From Haliotis cracherodii (lineage: Eukaryota): a stretch of 64,000 nucleotides of DNA. A model generated the notes under the pieces. That model was not told the DNA's origin. It searched no databases and worked only from the letters and a program-made list of their open reading frames with translations. The stretch spans positions 68,634,001-68,698,000 of the forward strand of contig NW_027266275.1 of assembly GCF_022045235.1 (NCBI RefSeq), read 5' to 3'. Positions 37,017 to 47,800 of this stretch are shown here, piece by piece (position 1 is the stretch's first letter; each line of letters opens with the position of its first letter). The position numbers and the translations under genes are program-made.

Positions 37017-40000
37017 ATGAATACTTCGATTCTCATTGTTGCCTTATGTGTCTCCCTTGGGTCAGGTAAGTTGGTTGGTTGATTATGTGTCAACCTATTT
37101 GTGCACGTGATATTTTACCAACTCATAATCATACACATTTGACTTATAATCTCAATATTTGTTTCAGCTATATCGCTGCCTAATAACTGGAATATAAGAC
37201 AACTAGGAACATCATCAACAGAGGTATACTCTCTATTCACCTGACAACTTTACATGCGAAACTTATAAACGTGTGTGTGTGTTGTTATCGTTATATCTAT
37301 TTTCAATGTCAGCGTTCAGTAAAAATTGAACTGCTTATAAGCGGAAAACATGCATTTTTTCTTGTGTATCATTTCAAAGGATGACGATGCGTGTACGAAC
37401 TGTAAGGAAACCCTCACCGCGGTTATTGCCAGATTGGACACAGATGAAGGCGTGGTGAGTCATGCTACTTGAATAAATTAGAAATGGATTGACCAGTGCC
37501 TACTTCCTGCTTGTCAAATACATGAACTGTTCTATTTATTGGCATTAAAAATAACGACGTTCATATGTATATAACCGCATTGCCTCGAAATACGAGAGCA
37601 TGGGTTTCAAAATCTTCTAAGGAGCCGATATTCGCTTTGTAGATCTGACGATTGTAGATTCCAATCCCTGATTATGATCGTTTGTTCGTCACGTGGCTGG
37701 TGGGATTTTAGACATGTCTATCACTTTAAGCTGACTTTCCATGAAATAATGTACAAACGCGTTAACGAGTCCCGTGTCCGAATCCCGACATGGGTTTACC
37801 ATGTGGGTTCTTGTGTCTCCTGCTGTGATATCGGTGGAATATTGCTAAAAGCGGCGTAAATACAATTGACACACTTGAATGTTCATATTCGGGCATTGTC
37901 GTGTGAAATGACTAATTGGCGAAAGCCTCTGTACAAAGGCATTTTTTGAAACCATGTTCTTTGGATTTCAGGAGATGGTAGAACAACTCCTAAAGGATGA
38001 AATATGTTATCATCTATCCTCATACTTTCTCACAGAAACCGTAAGTAAAAGTTGTCAGAATGGAGGAATGGAAAATGTTCATAATTCGACCATAAAACAG
38101 ATCCTTTAGTAGACATAGGCCATGGAAATAAATTAAAAGCGACACAACCTTTGCCATATACATAAGAAATCTCCGCAAAAAGCAGAGTCGATTCCGACTA
38201 TGTCATGAACATGTGTTTATGAATCACTATCAAATATGGATGATAGCATGTGTTCGCGAAAAGGTGAGCGTATCCTGCCCCACCGGTGGCACCCGTCACA
38301 AACACATGCAAATGCAAATCAAATGTTCATCCTTAAAAACCTAGGGGGACACATGTTACTCTTCAAAATAGGGAACTGCATCAGACATCATTCTTGTCAT
38401 TGATGCGTCAAATTTGTAAATGTCCTCCAGCTGTCGTCCTAAAACATTTTGAAAGCTTTACGGTGGCCTTGAATGTTGTAACCTTGATCAAAGAACGTCT
38501 GAGGAAGAGTCGTATGACTCTCATTGAAATTTTGGTAGAAAGGGAAAGCTCTATTATAGATCAAAAGGTGTAAAATGTAGACACCAAGGGCTGGAGCTGC
38601 AGGAATATTGCTGGACATAATGGGAATGTTGTGTATTGGAAGTTAAAGTTATCCCTCTTTTCATATAGTGTTGTGTATAGTGCTTTGTCACTCTGAATCT
38701 TTATGCATAGATCTAAATATGAAACAGATGAGGCGGTCTCACTGGTCACCTTTACTTCTAGTTCGGGTTGGGTGAAACATGGGAATTAAGGACTTGGCTA
38801 TTTGATGGTTATTGAACGATACCAAATCATCGATATACCTGAAGCTTTAAAAGTTAAGCTTCTTAGCCAAATTACCTTGTTTTGACTTTGCCAATCCAAG
38901 CAGAAATATTGTTTCATATGCATAGAGAAACAGATCAGCAAGAAGGGGAGCACAATTGGTGCCTAAATGTCTTCCCCCTAAACAATTTACATGGGTGTTA
39001 TCAATGAGGCAGTGCAGAAAATAAGGGATTGATGACTTACAGACTAATCACCTGACAGAGATGAGACGTTGGCGTTACATGTACTTAGGACACTACTGAT
39101 TGAATTAGGTTTATTGTATCAAAATATCTTACATTTGAATATTGTATCTTCTTGTTTCAGTGTAACTCTGCTGTTCATGGGCTTGTTCCAGGTCTTCTGC
39201 AGTATGTTGTTGAGAACGCGGTAAGATAGAGGAGAAGTGATGTCTTATGTATCCTTGTATACAACATAAGCATGTGAAGCATCATTAATTAGAAATATAA
39301 ATCGTCTGAATAGTAGGAAGAAAATAATATTTCTGTATGATACATATGAATCAATATTTTAAAAGAAATTCTTGGTATTGATTAAAATGTACATTTATAA
39401 TATGTGATTGTACAAACAATATTATGTTTCAGGATCCGGAGGTCTTGTGTAGTTTTGCAATGTTGTGTCCTGCGAACCTATGGAATCACTTCAAGAAGTC
39501 AACAAATGTCAATGTCCAAACGGTAATGATTTGTGTGAATCAGTCTGTCAGTATCATTATGTCATGATGGATTGGAATTGAACGAAAGATACGAGTGGTA
39601 ATTAGCACCAATTGCACGGCGTTGCTTCAGAGAAACGAAAAATTGAAACCGCCTAGAAATGCGTCTCTCCATTCTATAGACACTCGCCGATGCTGACACA
39701 ACCGTGATTAGCTAGTTATGTTGACCTGGATCAATGGGCCATTTGTGTTTCTGATATAAACTTGCAACAATAATTGTTTATTGTTTTTACACAATGGTCC
39801 TTAATTCAATGTGTTATTAAACCAAACTTATTTACGTTTAATAAACATACACAAAATGGTTCCGTTTTCTTCCAGGGTGATGATGCTTGTACAAACTGCA
39901 TTGAAGTCGTTGATAGTTTCATTGCAAGTTTGAACACAGATGAAGTGAAGGTAAAACGCTCATATTGAATGAGCGTGAATAGGTTTTTTTACCTCCTTAC

Positions 40001-42299
40001 TGTCGATTAATTGCATTTAAATCGAATTAGCTTGACATGTTGTTGGTCTGATAAACTTTGTGTAGACCATCGCAAACAGGTACCGAGACAATATGTCCAA
40101 TTATCGCACAGGGCACATGTCAACGTGTATAATTCAAATAAGCACTCATTACTAATTTTGTTGTTGGATTAGGCCCTTAAAAATGAAATATGTGTCTAAT
40201 GTATTGTGCAGGAGCAAGTGGAGACGTATTTCGACCATGTAATTTGCAGTCCACTTTCTGCTTATTTTCTGGAGGAAGTCGTAAGTGTTTACCTATTTGT
40301 TCTTATGTTCCACTTTTCTTTCTATTGAAATACGTATTTCAGTCAAACACATTGGCTATCATGTAAATGCTGTTGCTTCTTCTTAAACATACAGTGGCTA
40401 CATGATACCTGGGTCCACTTGCACAAAGCGATCTTAGCGCTACAATTATTGTAAATCCTTAAGATCGCGATCTTAGGCTTCGGCTACAATCGTCATCCAC
40501 TTGCTAAAAGCAATTGTAGGCTAAGATCATTGTAAGCCACAAACCGAAACTTACAATTGGACGGACCAATCCTAAATAACTTAGATCGTTGTAGTCCCTG
40601 AATAAACTTGACAAAATGGCGTGCAAGGCTTGGTCTGTTTTACATAAATAATCTGCTTTACGTTCAAACATTGCCTCTTTTTTTTGTTAAACTTATAATT
40701 CGAATCGACACTTTAACATGAAGAACGCACCACAGATTTAACGTCAGAAATATAGTTAATTACCATAGTTAAACACGTAACTATCGAGTCGATAGCTAAA
40801 AGGAATATTCCCATCCGACTCAATATTGAAAGAACTGTGAAACAACATACCTTCGCGCTAAACAAGGGAAGGATAAAAGCCTAAGTCGTTCCTCAAGTGA
40901 TTTGTAACGTCCGTGACCTTTTCGATAAATCAAGGGCAGCTAATCTTAGTTTATACTCTAGATGGGAGTGGTTTCCCTTTGTATAAGCCCGTAGAGTACA
41001 ATCTACTTTGAATAAAAACATGTGTATGTATTTCTCTCGTTGAAATAGAAAACAATTCCTAAATTACGACAGTTTTAATGCCGACAAGAATATATGCCTT
41101 CATTCTAGTAATCGTTTCCTTCAAATAATTGGGACCTTTCTTGAAACTGCAAAGTGCGATGGAGGGAGGTACGTGTTGCGTGTCGTTACCGGTTCCACGT
41201 ATTGTATGCGCAGCAAACTAGGCGCGTTTGCAGACAACTGTAGACAGGAGTCGCGTTTAAAATATTCGTACCTCCACCGTTGAAGATTTTAATCTTAGCT
41301 AAGATCGCGATCTTAACTCCAAGCCGTCTTACAATCGCCCTAATCGGTTTGTGCAGGTGGAATAGGACAATTGTATGGTGATTGTAATGTTGATTGTAGC
41401 CGCCTAAGATCAATTGTTCTGTGCAAGTGGGCCCTGGACACACATATTGTTTCGGCCATACACATTGATTTATATGAGATCTTTTGTCTTCTTAGAAATA
41501 ACTTGCTCTGAAACCAAATGATGCAAGACTTACATAAAACGTATAACTGACACTGACGCGTACACATATGCATGTGTAGCGAATGTCAATTGATTTGATA
41601 ATGCACAAGTAGTTGTTGAAGTTGTTTTAAAATAATATTCAACTGCTGAATTCTTGACTTTGTTTTAGTGTACTGCTGACCTCCGTGCTCTGATACCCGG
41701 GGTTCTGGATTACATTGTTGAAAACGCGGTAAGAAAAACGTTAAGAGTTTATAGATTCCATTCATATAAGAATTGGATATCGCACGTATCCTGACTTTAT
41801 CACTGGCTTAAATAAACAAATTGTCCCCTACTAATTTGAGGTACAACTACCTGTTACTTAAAACATTTCCATCAGTAGATATGATTCGTAATACAAAAAG
41901 CTTAAAATTAAAGAAATCATNNNNNNNNNNNNNNNNNNNNNNNNNNNNNNNNNNNNNNNNNNNNNNNNNNNNNNNNNNNNNNNNNNNNNNNNNNNNNNNN
42001 NNNNNNNNNNNNNNNNNNNNNNNNNNNNNNNNNNNNNNNNNNNNNNNNNNNNNNNNNNNNNNNNNNNNNNNNNNNNNNNNTTTAGTTAGACAGATTAGTA
42101 AATTATTTTAATCTTATTTAATCTGAAGTATTTTTTAATGTTGTTATCTGGATGCCAATCGTCATGATCAGTCCACCGTTTTTTCATGCTTTAGGATCCC
42201 GAGGGCCTTTGCACTCTCGCCACATTATGCCCAGAGAATGTTAAAGGAAAGCCATCTACTGTACAGGTGACAGACTTCCTTCAAAAGATAGCATTGTAA
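37017..42299 (+). CDS. Secreted double-saposin-B-domain protein, copy 1 (10 exons, 235 aa)
   Basis: GT-AG exons: 37017-37065, 37168-37223, 37380-37454, 37972-38040, 39161-39220, 39433-39522, 39876-39950, 40212-40280, 41669-41728, 42195-42299. Protein: MNTSILIVALCVSLGSAISLPNNWNIRQLGTSSTE-DDDACTNCKETLTAVIARLDTDEGVEMVEQLLKDEICYHLSSYFLTETCNSAVHGLVPGLLQYVVENADPEVLCSFAMLCP-ANLWNHFKKSTNVNVQT-GDDACTNCIEVVDSFIASLNTDEVKEQVETYFDHVICSPLSAYFLEEVCTADLRALIPGVLDYIVENADPEGLCTLATLCP-ENVKGKPSTVQVTDFLQKIAL*. Both domains show C-x2-C-x28-C-x11-C-x24-C-x5-C, the SapB pattern. Confidence 0.9.
38190..39010 (-). mobile_element. Penelope-like element RT remnant in intron 4 of saposin gene 1
   Basis: GTNCAPLLADLFLYAYE and SVSYLDLCIKIQ...LYEKRDNFNF motifs. 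Smaller relics sit at the same place in copies 2 and 3. Confidence 0.75.
40412..41433. mobile_element. PIF/Harbinger-like MITE in intron 8 of saposin gene 1
   Basis: CTG|ggtccacttgcaca ... tgtgcaagtgggcc|CTG: 3-bp CWG target duplication. Copies 2 and 3 show the empty site atacCTGgacac. Confidence 0.85.
41921..42080. other. N gap (160 nt) in intron 9 of saposin gene 1
   Basis: Directly visible. Confidence 0.99.
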
Positions 42300-42381
42300 G
42301 AACAAGATAGAAAACATTAGAAATATAGAAAAGTGTATTATAATCATATAGACAATTGATCTGAATTAAAGCATTTCTCCC

Positions 42382-42387
42382 AATAAA
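42382..42387 (+). terminator. Candidate polyadenylation signal of saposin gene 1
   Basis: AATAAA 83 nt after the stop; conserved in copy 2 (53990-53995). Confidence 0.5.
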
Positions 42388-42794
42388 TGATTTTATGTGA
42401 TGTTAATGCCAAACAATCATGCTATCCATTATCAATGTCTCAGACTACAGGAATTAGGTTTGTCATCATATGACTAGACATATTCAACTGTGTCTACATA
42501 TTGAGGAAATGGTTTGATATGATAGTTTGTCCTGCAATTGATGTCATTTATATATTTTTCAGATATTAATGAAATACTTAAGTCTACAAGTTATGAATCA
42601 CCATTAAGCAATGTATGCATCAATCCCTTTAAACCATATCAAAGCAACAAACACATTTACAAAATGTCTATATCATTAGGAACTATCTTAAATATGATAT
42701 TTCTTGTGAATGAATTTTATCTCAAGCCTGACCTATGCTATTGGATATTAAATTGTTTGCTAGGCAGTACTTAGACGTTGACGGATGACAAGGC

Positions 42795-43035
42795 AGACAC
42801 AATTTTATGGATAACAACTTCATTAATAATGTAAAAAGCGACGTTTCGGTGCAGACCTACCTATGTTATCCCACTCATATATGCAATTGTTATTACTGTT
42901 AATCCTCCACCTACTATATATATTCTGTACTATGTCCCTCATTCAGTCTTGCTTGACAACGGTATAAGGATCTATACCAAAACGTCGCTTTTTACAGTAT
43001 AAAAGAAGATGTTATCCATTAAATTGTGTCTACCT
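42795..43035. repeat. Inverted-repeat element (also 54400-54643)
   Basis: agacacaattt.atggataaca.ctt...gtaaaaagcgacgttt.ggt is mirrored by acc.aaacgtcgctttttaca...tgttatccat.aaattgtgtct. Confidence 0.7.
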
Positions 43036-43350
43036 TGTTAATGGATATTAAGTTATAGAAGTTTACAATGAAGTAATACATTTTGGCACTGATGCACATG
43101 CATGACTCAACTAAAGACTTATATTTTTTTCAGAATCTTTTCTTGAGGCGGATGTAAGTTGAATCGACCAGATTATCAACGTCTGCTAGAATTAGCATAG
43201 TAGTTGTTTGTATATGTGTCTGTTTAAAAAATAAACTAGTTGGAGTAAATGATCGACACGTGTCTTTTTTTCTCTTTAGTGGACATTTTGGATACCACTT
43301 GTGTGGTGGAGCATCATTTGAAACATTAGCGAATTGCTAATTATAATTAA

Positions 43351-44233
43351 CCCAGCAGTCACAAGAATGTTGAATCAATGTTGAATCAATGCCGCCCTTT
43401 AACGTTGAAATGACATTGATCTTTGATTGGATTTGAAATATTGACGTTGAATGTACATCAGATATCAATGATGAAATAATGTTGAATTTTGGTTGGGTAT
43501 TGGATGGATATTGGTTGCATTGACACATACATCTAAAAAAGACAATATAAACAGGTGAAATGGACTCCTAAAGTATATTGTGTTGGGGGCATGCCAGTGT
43601 CGCCATATCAGAGGCCAGTTTAATTTGGGTGGAATGCTGCATTTTGAGAGAACCCAGTGTCACTATTGATCTGTCATATACCAGCATCACCTCCTTTGAT
43701 TGGAAAGAGAATGTCATACAGTGTGCATGTTTGTTTCATTTGAGATCACTCGGTCGTTCTATGGTTGAATTATCTGAGGTTACAATGCCTGAATGTTCAG
43801 TTGAAATGCGAGATGTCCTGGCAGTTTCGGTAAAGTAAATTACAGTATGTCAGTAATAATTTCTATGGCTCACAGAAGTATTTAAAATATCTTTATTAGC
43901 ATTGTTAAACCAAATGTTTATCTATATTTATAACATGCAATACGTCTTTAAATCATCATTATGTGGTACAAAACATACAATCTAGAGTCTAGATATATTG
44001 ATTCCAACGACAAAAAATATATATATATATTTAATAAAGTATCGCTGAATTCATGATTTTCTGAGATGTCATCGTTTTTAGATTACTTTTCAATGTTGAA
44101 ACAATATCAGATTCAACATGTTTACAACTATCGAAAGGCAAATGTTGAAACAATGTCGATGCAATGTTTTTCAACGTAGCAGCCTCAGATGAACCAAATT
44201 TCAACACTCAAACAATGTCATGTGCCTGCTGGG
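43351..44233. mobile_element. MITE with CCCAGCAG termini and subterminal repeats, CACTA/CMC-like (also 54959-55877)
   Basis: cccagcagtcaca ... tgtgcctgctggg termini, with many tgttgaa/ttcaac subterminal repeats at both ends. Confidence 0.6.
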
Positions 44234-44553
44234 TAATGCACTACGGAAAAGCAATGGTGTGTCATTAAATACGAGGGAAGTGATTTGGAATGTTATATTT
44301 ATCACCCCGTATATTTAGTGACATACGTTAATGCAGCGTATCCTTCTCAATCTGTTCTACCCACGACAAACACATGCCAGATATTCACCTGAAGAAACAC
44401 GGAAACATTTAGTCCAATTCGCAATTGGGAATTGCATCTGACATCAGTTTTGATGAGATGAAACAGATGAGGATGTCTCATTACCTGCACATTACAGACA
44501 ATACAAGCATTTTATCCCATTTTAATATTTTGGGTGCCAGTCCTCGTTACCAG

Positions 44554-44802
44554 TCTATGTGCACTCTATACACGTTATGTCCAGAGAATGTTAAAGGGAA
44601 GCCATCCGATGTATTGTTGACTGGATTTAAACAAAAGATATGGACACATGTTAAGGCTAAAAACGAATTTCCTTTGATCTTTCTAAGGCATCTATACTAT
44701 ATTCGTATATTCTACCGATATTCCTGTAAACGCTTTCAGTATTCTGGCTATACATATTCAACCATGACTGAACATAGAGGGAATTCTGTTTTCAGCTGTT
44801 AA
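44554..44802 (+). other. Duplicated paralog of the saposin terminal exon (alternative last exon or relic)
   Basis: ttaccag|SMCTLYTLCPENVKGKPSDVLLTGFKQKIW... versus exon 10 GLCTLATLCPENVKGKPSTVQVTDFLQKIAL. Second copy at 56199-56276 (SMCTQYTLCPENVKGKPSDVLLTGF*). Confidence 0.7.
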
Positions 44803-47800
44803 TGAAATACCACGGGTTCTGAATCACCGTTAAACACCGCCATAAAGATAATCATTTATGTATGAAACGTTGAAATCTTTGAAACTATCATAATCCAGTG
44901 CAGTATTGACAGAGAGATAATATCTCTTTAATATCCTAATATCCAAGCCCGACATATTCAACTGGAGGCGTATCCTTTTCAGCGTCTTGCCGATGTAACG
45001 TGAATGAATCGGACTTTGATTATCAACGTTTCCAAAAATAGCATTGCATTCGTCTATATATTTATCCGTTTTGTCAAAAAAGTTGAGTCCATGATAACGG
45101 CTCCAGTACGATGGCCCATACCCGCCAGACAAAATATAGAGGCATACAGTGAAAAATGATCTCACCAGTGGAAGTATCTGGCGGTCGCCAGAAAAGTATT
45201 TGGCGGCCGCTAGATAAAATATAGAGGCATACAGTGAAAAATTATCTCACCAGTGGCGGCCACCGTACCTCCAGTGACCCAAGATGTAAACTAATGAGGC
45301 ATCCCCTTCCTGCAAAGACACATATGTAAACAACACAAATCATATATTCTTGCATAAATTCATATGATGTATAACGAGTTGTCCTAAATGTTAATGTTAA
45401 ATCATGTTTTATATGTATATAACACAAATCACATATTTTTGCATACATTCATATGATGTATAACGAGTTGTCCTAAATGTTCATGTTAAATCAGGTTTTT
45501 CATCAACGAATCATTAAACCAAACTACGTAAGTGTTAGGACAGGGTTCGCTTGAAGATTATGACTGCGACACTTGAGCAGAACATACCCTTTATAAGATT
45601 ACGGTTAAATATTGTCAGAGACACAAAGAGCAGATATAACAAAAGAAATAAATCAAATTCAATGTAAACAGTCTATCAAGCATCTCCATCCATTAGTAAT
45701 TCGTATGCGTAAACGTTTTCGATATGCATTTTTTCTGTATTAATCTCCTTTGAAAAGCAGAGAATGTATCTGAGAATCACAATTTAAAGCTATACACAAC
45801 AGTAATTGTCCAGTCTTCATCTTACGTAAGAATGTTATATAACTGAATCAGAAGCATCGCTCTGCTATGACTTGTCAAGAGTATTGCAAAGGTTAGCCCC
45901 TTTCTTATGACATTTAATATTTAAAACAAAGTAAAAAAGGTATGAAAGCAACAAATTCAAAAGTATTAATCAGAAAGGCTTTCATCGACGACACCAGGTG
46001 TGTGCGATTGGTTGAACAAGCCCTGACACACTGGAACAACCCGTCATGGGTGACGATCATTATTAAAATCATAGTATAAATAATAAAGATCATGGCATAC
46101 ACTCTTCCATGTCACGACATTGTTTCTCTCTCAAGAAGCTTGAGTCACGTTGCGAGTCATATAGTTAAATTACCGTAAATGGTGTTTCTTTAAGTCTCAA
46201 ATCTAGCACGAGTCAGCAAAGGCATTTCATGCAGGTATCAAGAAAGTAGGTGTGTGTGTTCCACATGCAATGATATGAAGAAAACGTGTTCGGTTTCATT
46301 GGAATAATAGTTTGTTACACAGTTGACCCAACCAACACTATTAAAGATGGACTGTCAGAAATGAAGAGACATAAAAATCACATACAATGTCTTTTTCAGA
46401 AACGACCGATCATGTACTCTCGAAATAATGCCACTGAAGGCAAATACACTTAATGCCTCACAGTCACTGATTGTCAAACAAAAAGAAAATAGGATCGATG
46501 CTAACGTCCCCATTGTCCAACAACATTGCAGGGCCGTACCGAAGTACGTTCAAATATTATATTTGTTGTAACCCTGTTGGCATTTGGCATTAAGAGGATA
46601 AACCAAGGATTTTTCCGCTTAGTCAGTATACTGTGTTTGAGTAGGGAGACATTTTAAACTGCAGCATGACATCTCAGTGGGCTAGCACTGTAAAACTGGC
46701 TTACGGCCATACTAGCACAAGTCCATACCAATTACAGGAAATTGTCCATCACTAATATGACGATGATATACATAGTTTGGAATCCGCCGTGAAGATACGG
46801 GTTAGAATAGATCTTCAGCAACCCATGCTTGTCGTAAGAGGAGACGATGCTTGTCGTAAGAGGCGACTAACGGGATCAGGAGATCAGGCTCACTGATTTG
46901 GCTGATGCATGTCATCGTATCCCACATTAAGTTGATCGATGCTCATGATACAAATCTCTAGATTGTCTGATCCAGACTCGATTATTTACAGACCGGCGGT
47001 TAAACAACAAACAACAACAACAACAACAACTCACACTCTCAGCCACCGTCACTTGCACACCCACACTTGAAATCTAGATCACCTACATGTTTTTGTTGCT
47101 CTATTCTATTAAAGTGTATATGACAGTGAAGTTTGCCTTAGTGGAAAGACATTTCCTGTTGCATTGGTCACCCAACAGTGATTACGTACACTGTAGGTAA
47201 AGATGTTGGCATGAACGCAAAGTATTCAGGCAGTTTAAGATAAAAAACATCGATGGAGACATATGAATTCACACTAATAACAGAAGTGACATGTCTTGCA
47301 GTCGAACAAGCGTTGAATCTCACGTTAGTGTACTGATAAAAGTGTTATTGAGAAGTGCAGGGGTTTTTCATCATTTCAGAAGTTTGTCCTTATGATTCGT
47401 GATTGATGATTTTAGTACACACCAGCTTAAGTGTTTTTCGCGATGACTTGTTTGTTTTTTGTTTAACTCCGCACTGAGCAATATTCCAGCTGTATGATGA
47501 CAGTGTGTAAATAATGGCGTCTGGACCAGACAATCCAGTGATTGACATCATGAGCATCGATCCACAAGGAGTGCCAGTTTGATGTGGGAGGAAAGCCCAA
47601 AGTGATGCATGTGTCACACGTTGACCACTTTGGTTAAACGTCATTTCAAGAACAATGAAGGCGTTCTATAATGAAATAAATTAAATGATAACAAACTTCA
47701 TGTAATAAATTCATATTTAAGTCTTTCACGATAAATTTATGATATTGAAACAACAAGGAATAGAATTAACAGTTTCCAGATAGTATGAGTGTCAGTGCTG

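Noticed and set aside
37017-42299. Calling the saposin genes prosaposin (PSAP) or NK-lysin
   Set aside because: Only two SapB domains, no SapA domain, and a strongly acidic composition.
42265-42301. Possible splice donors inside saposin exon 10 (CAG|gtgaca, TT|gtaaga) implying further coding exons
   Set aside because: No further saposin-type exon set was found downstream, and an in-frame TAA plus AATAAA gives a simpler end. Not excluded without cDNA.
45130-45257. Short direct repeats with spacers resembling a CRISPR array
   Set aside because: Eukaryotic context, only two units, internal to a MITE, and no cas genes.
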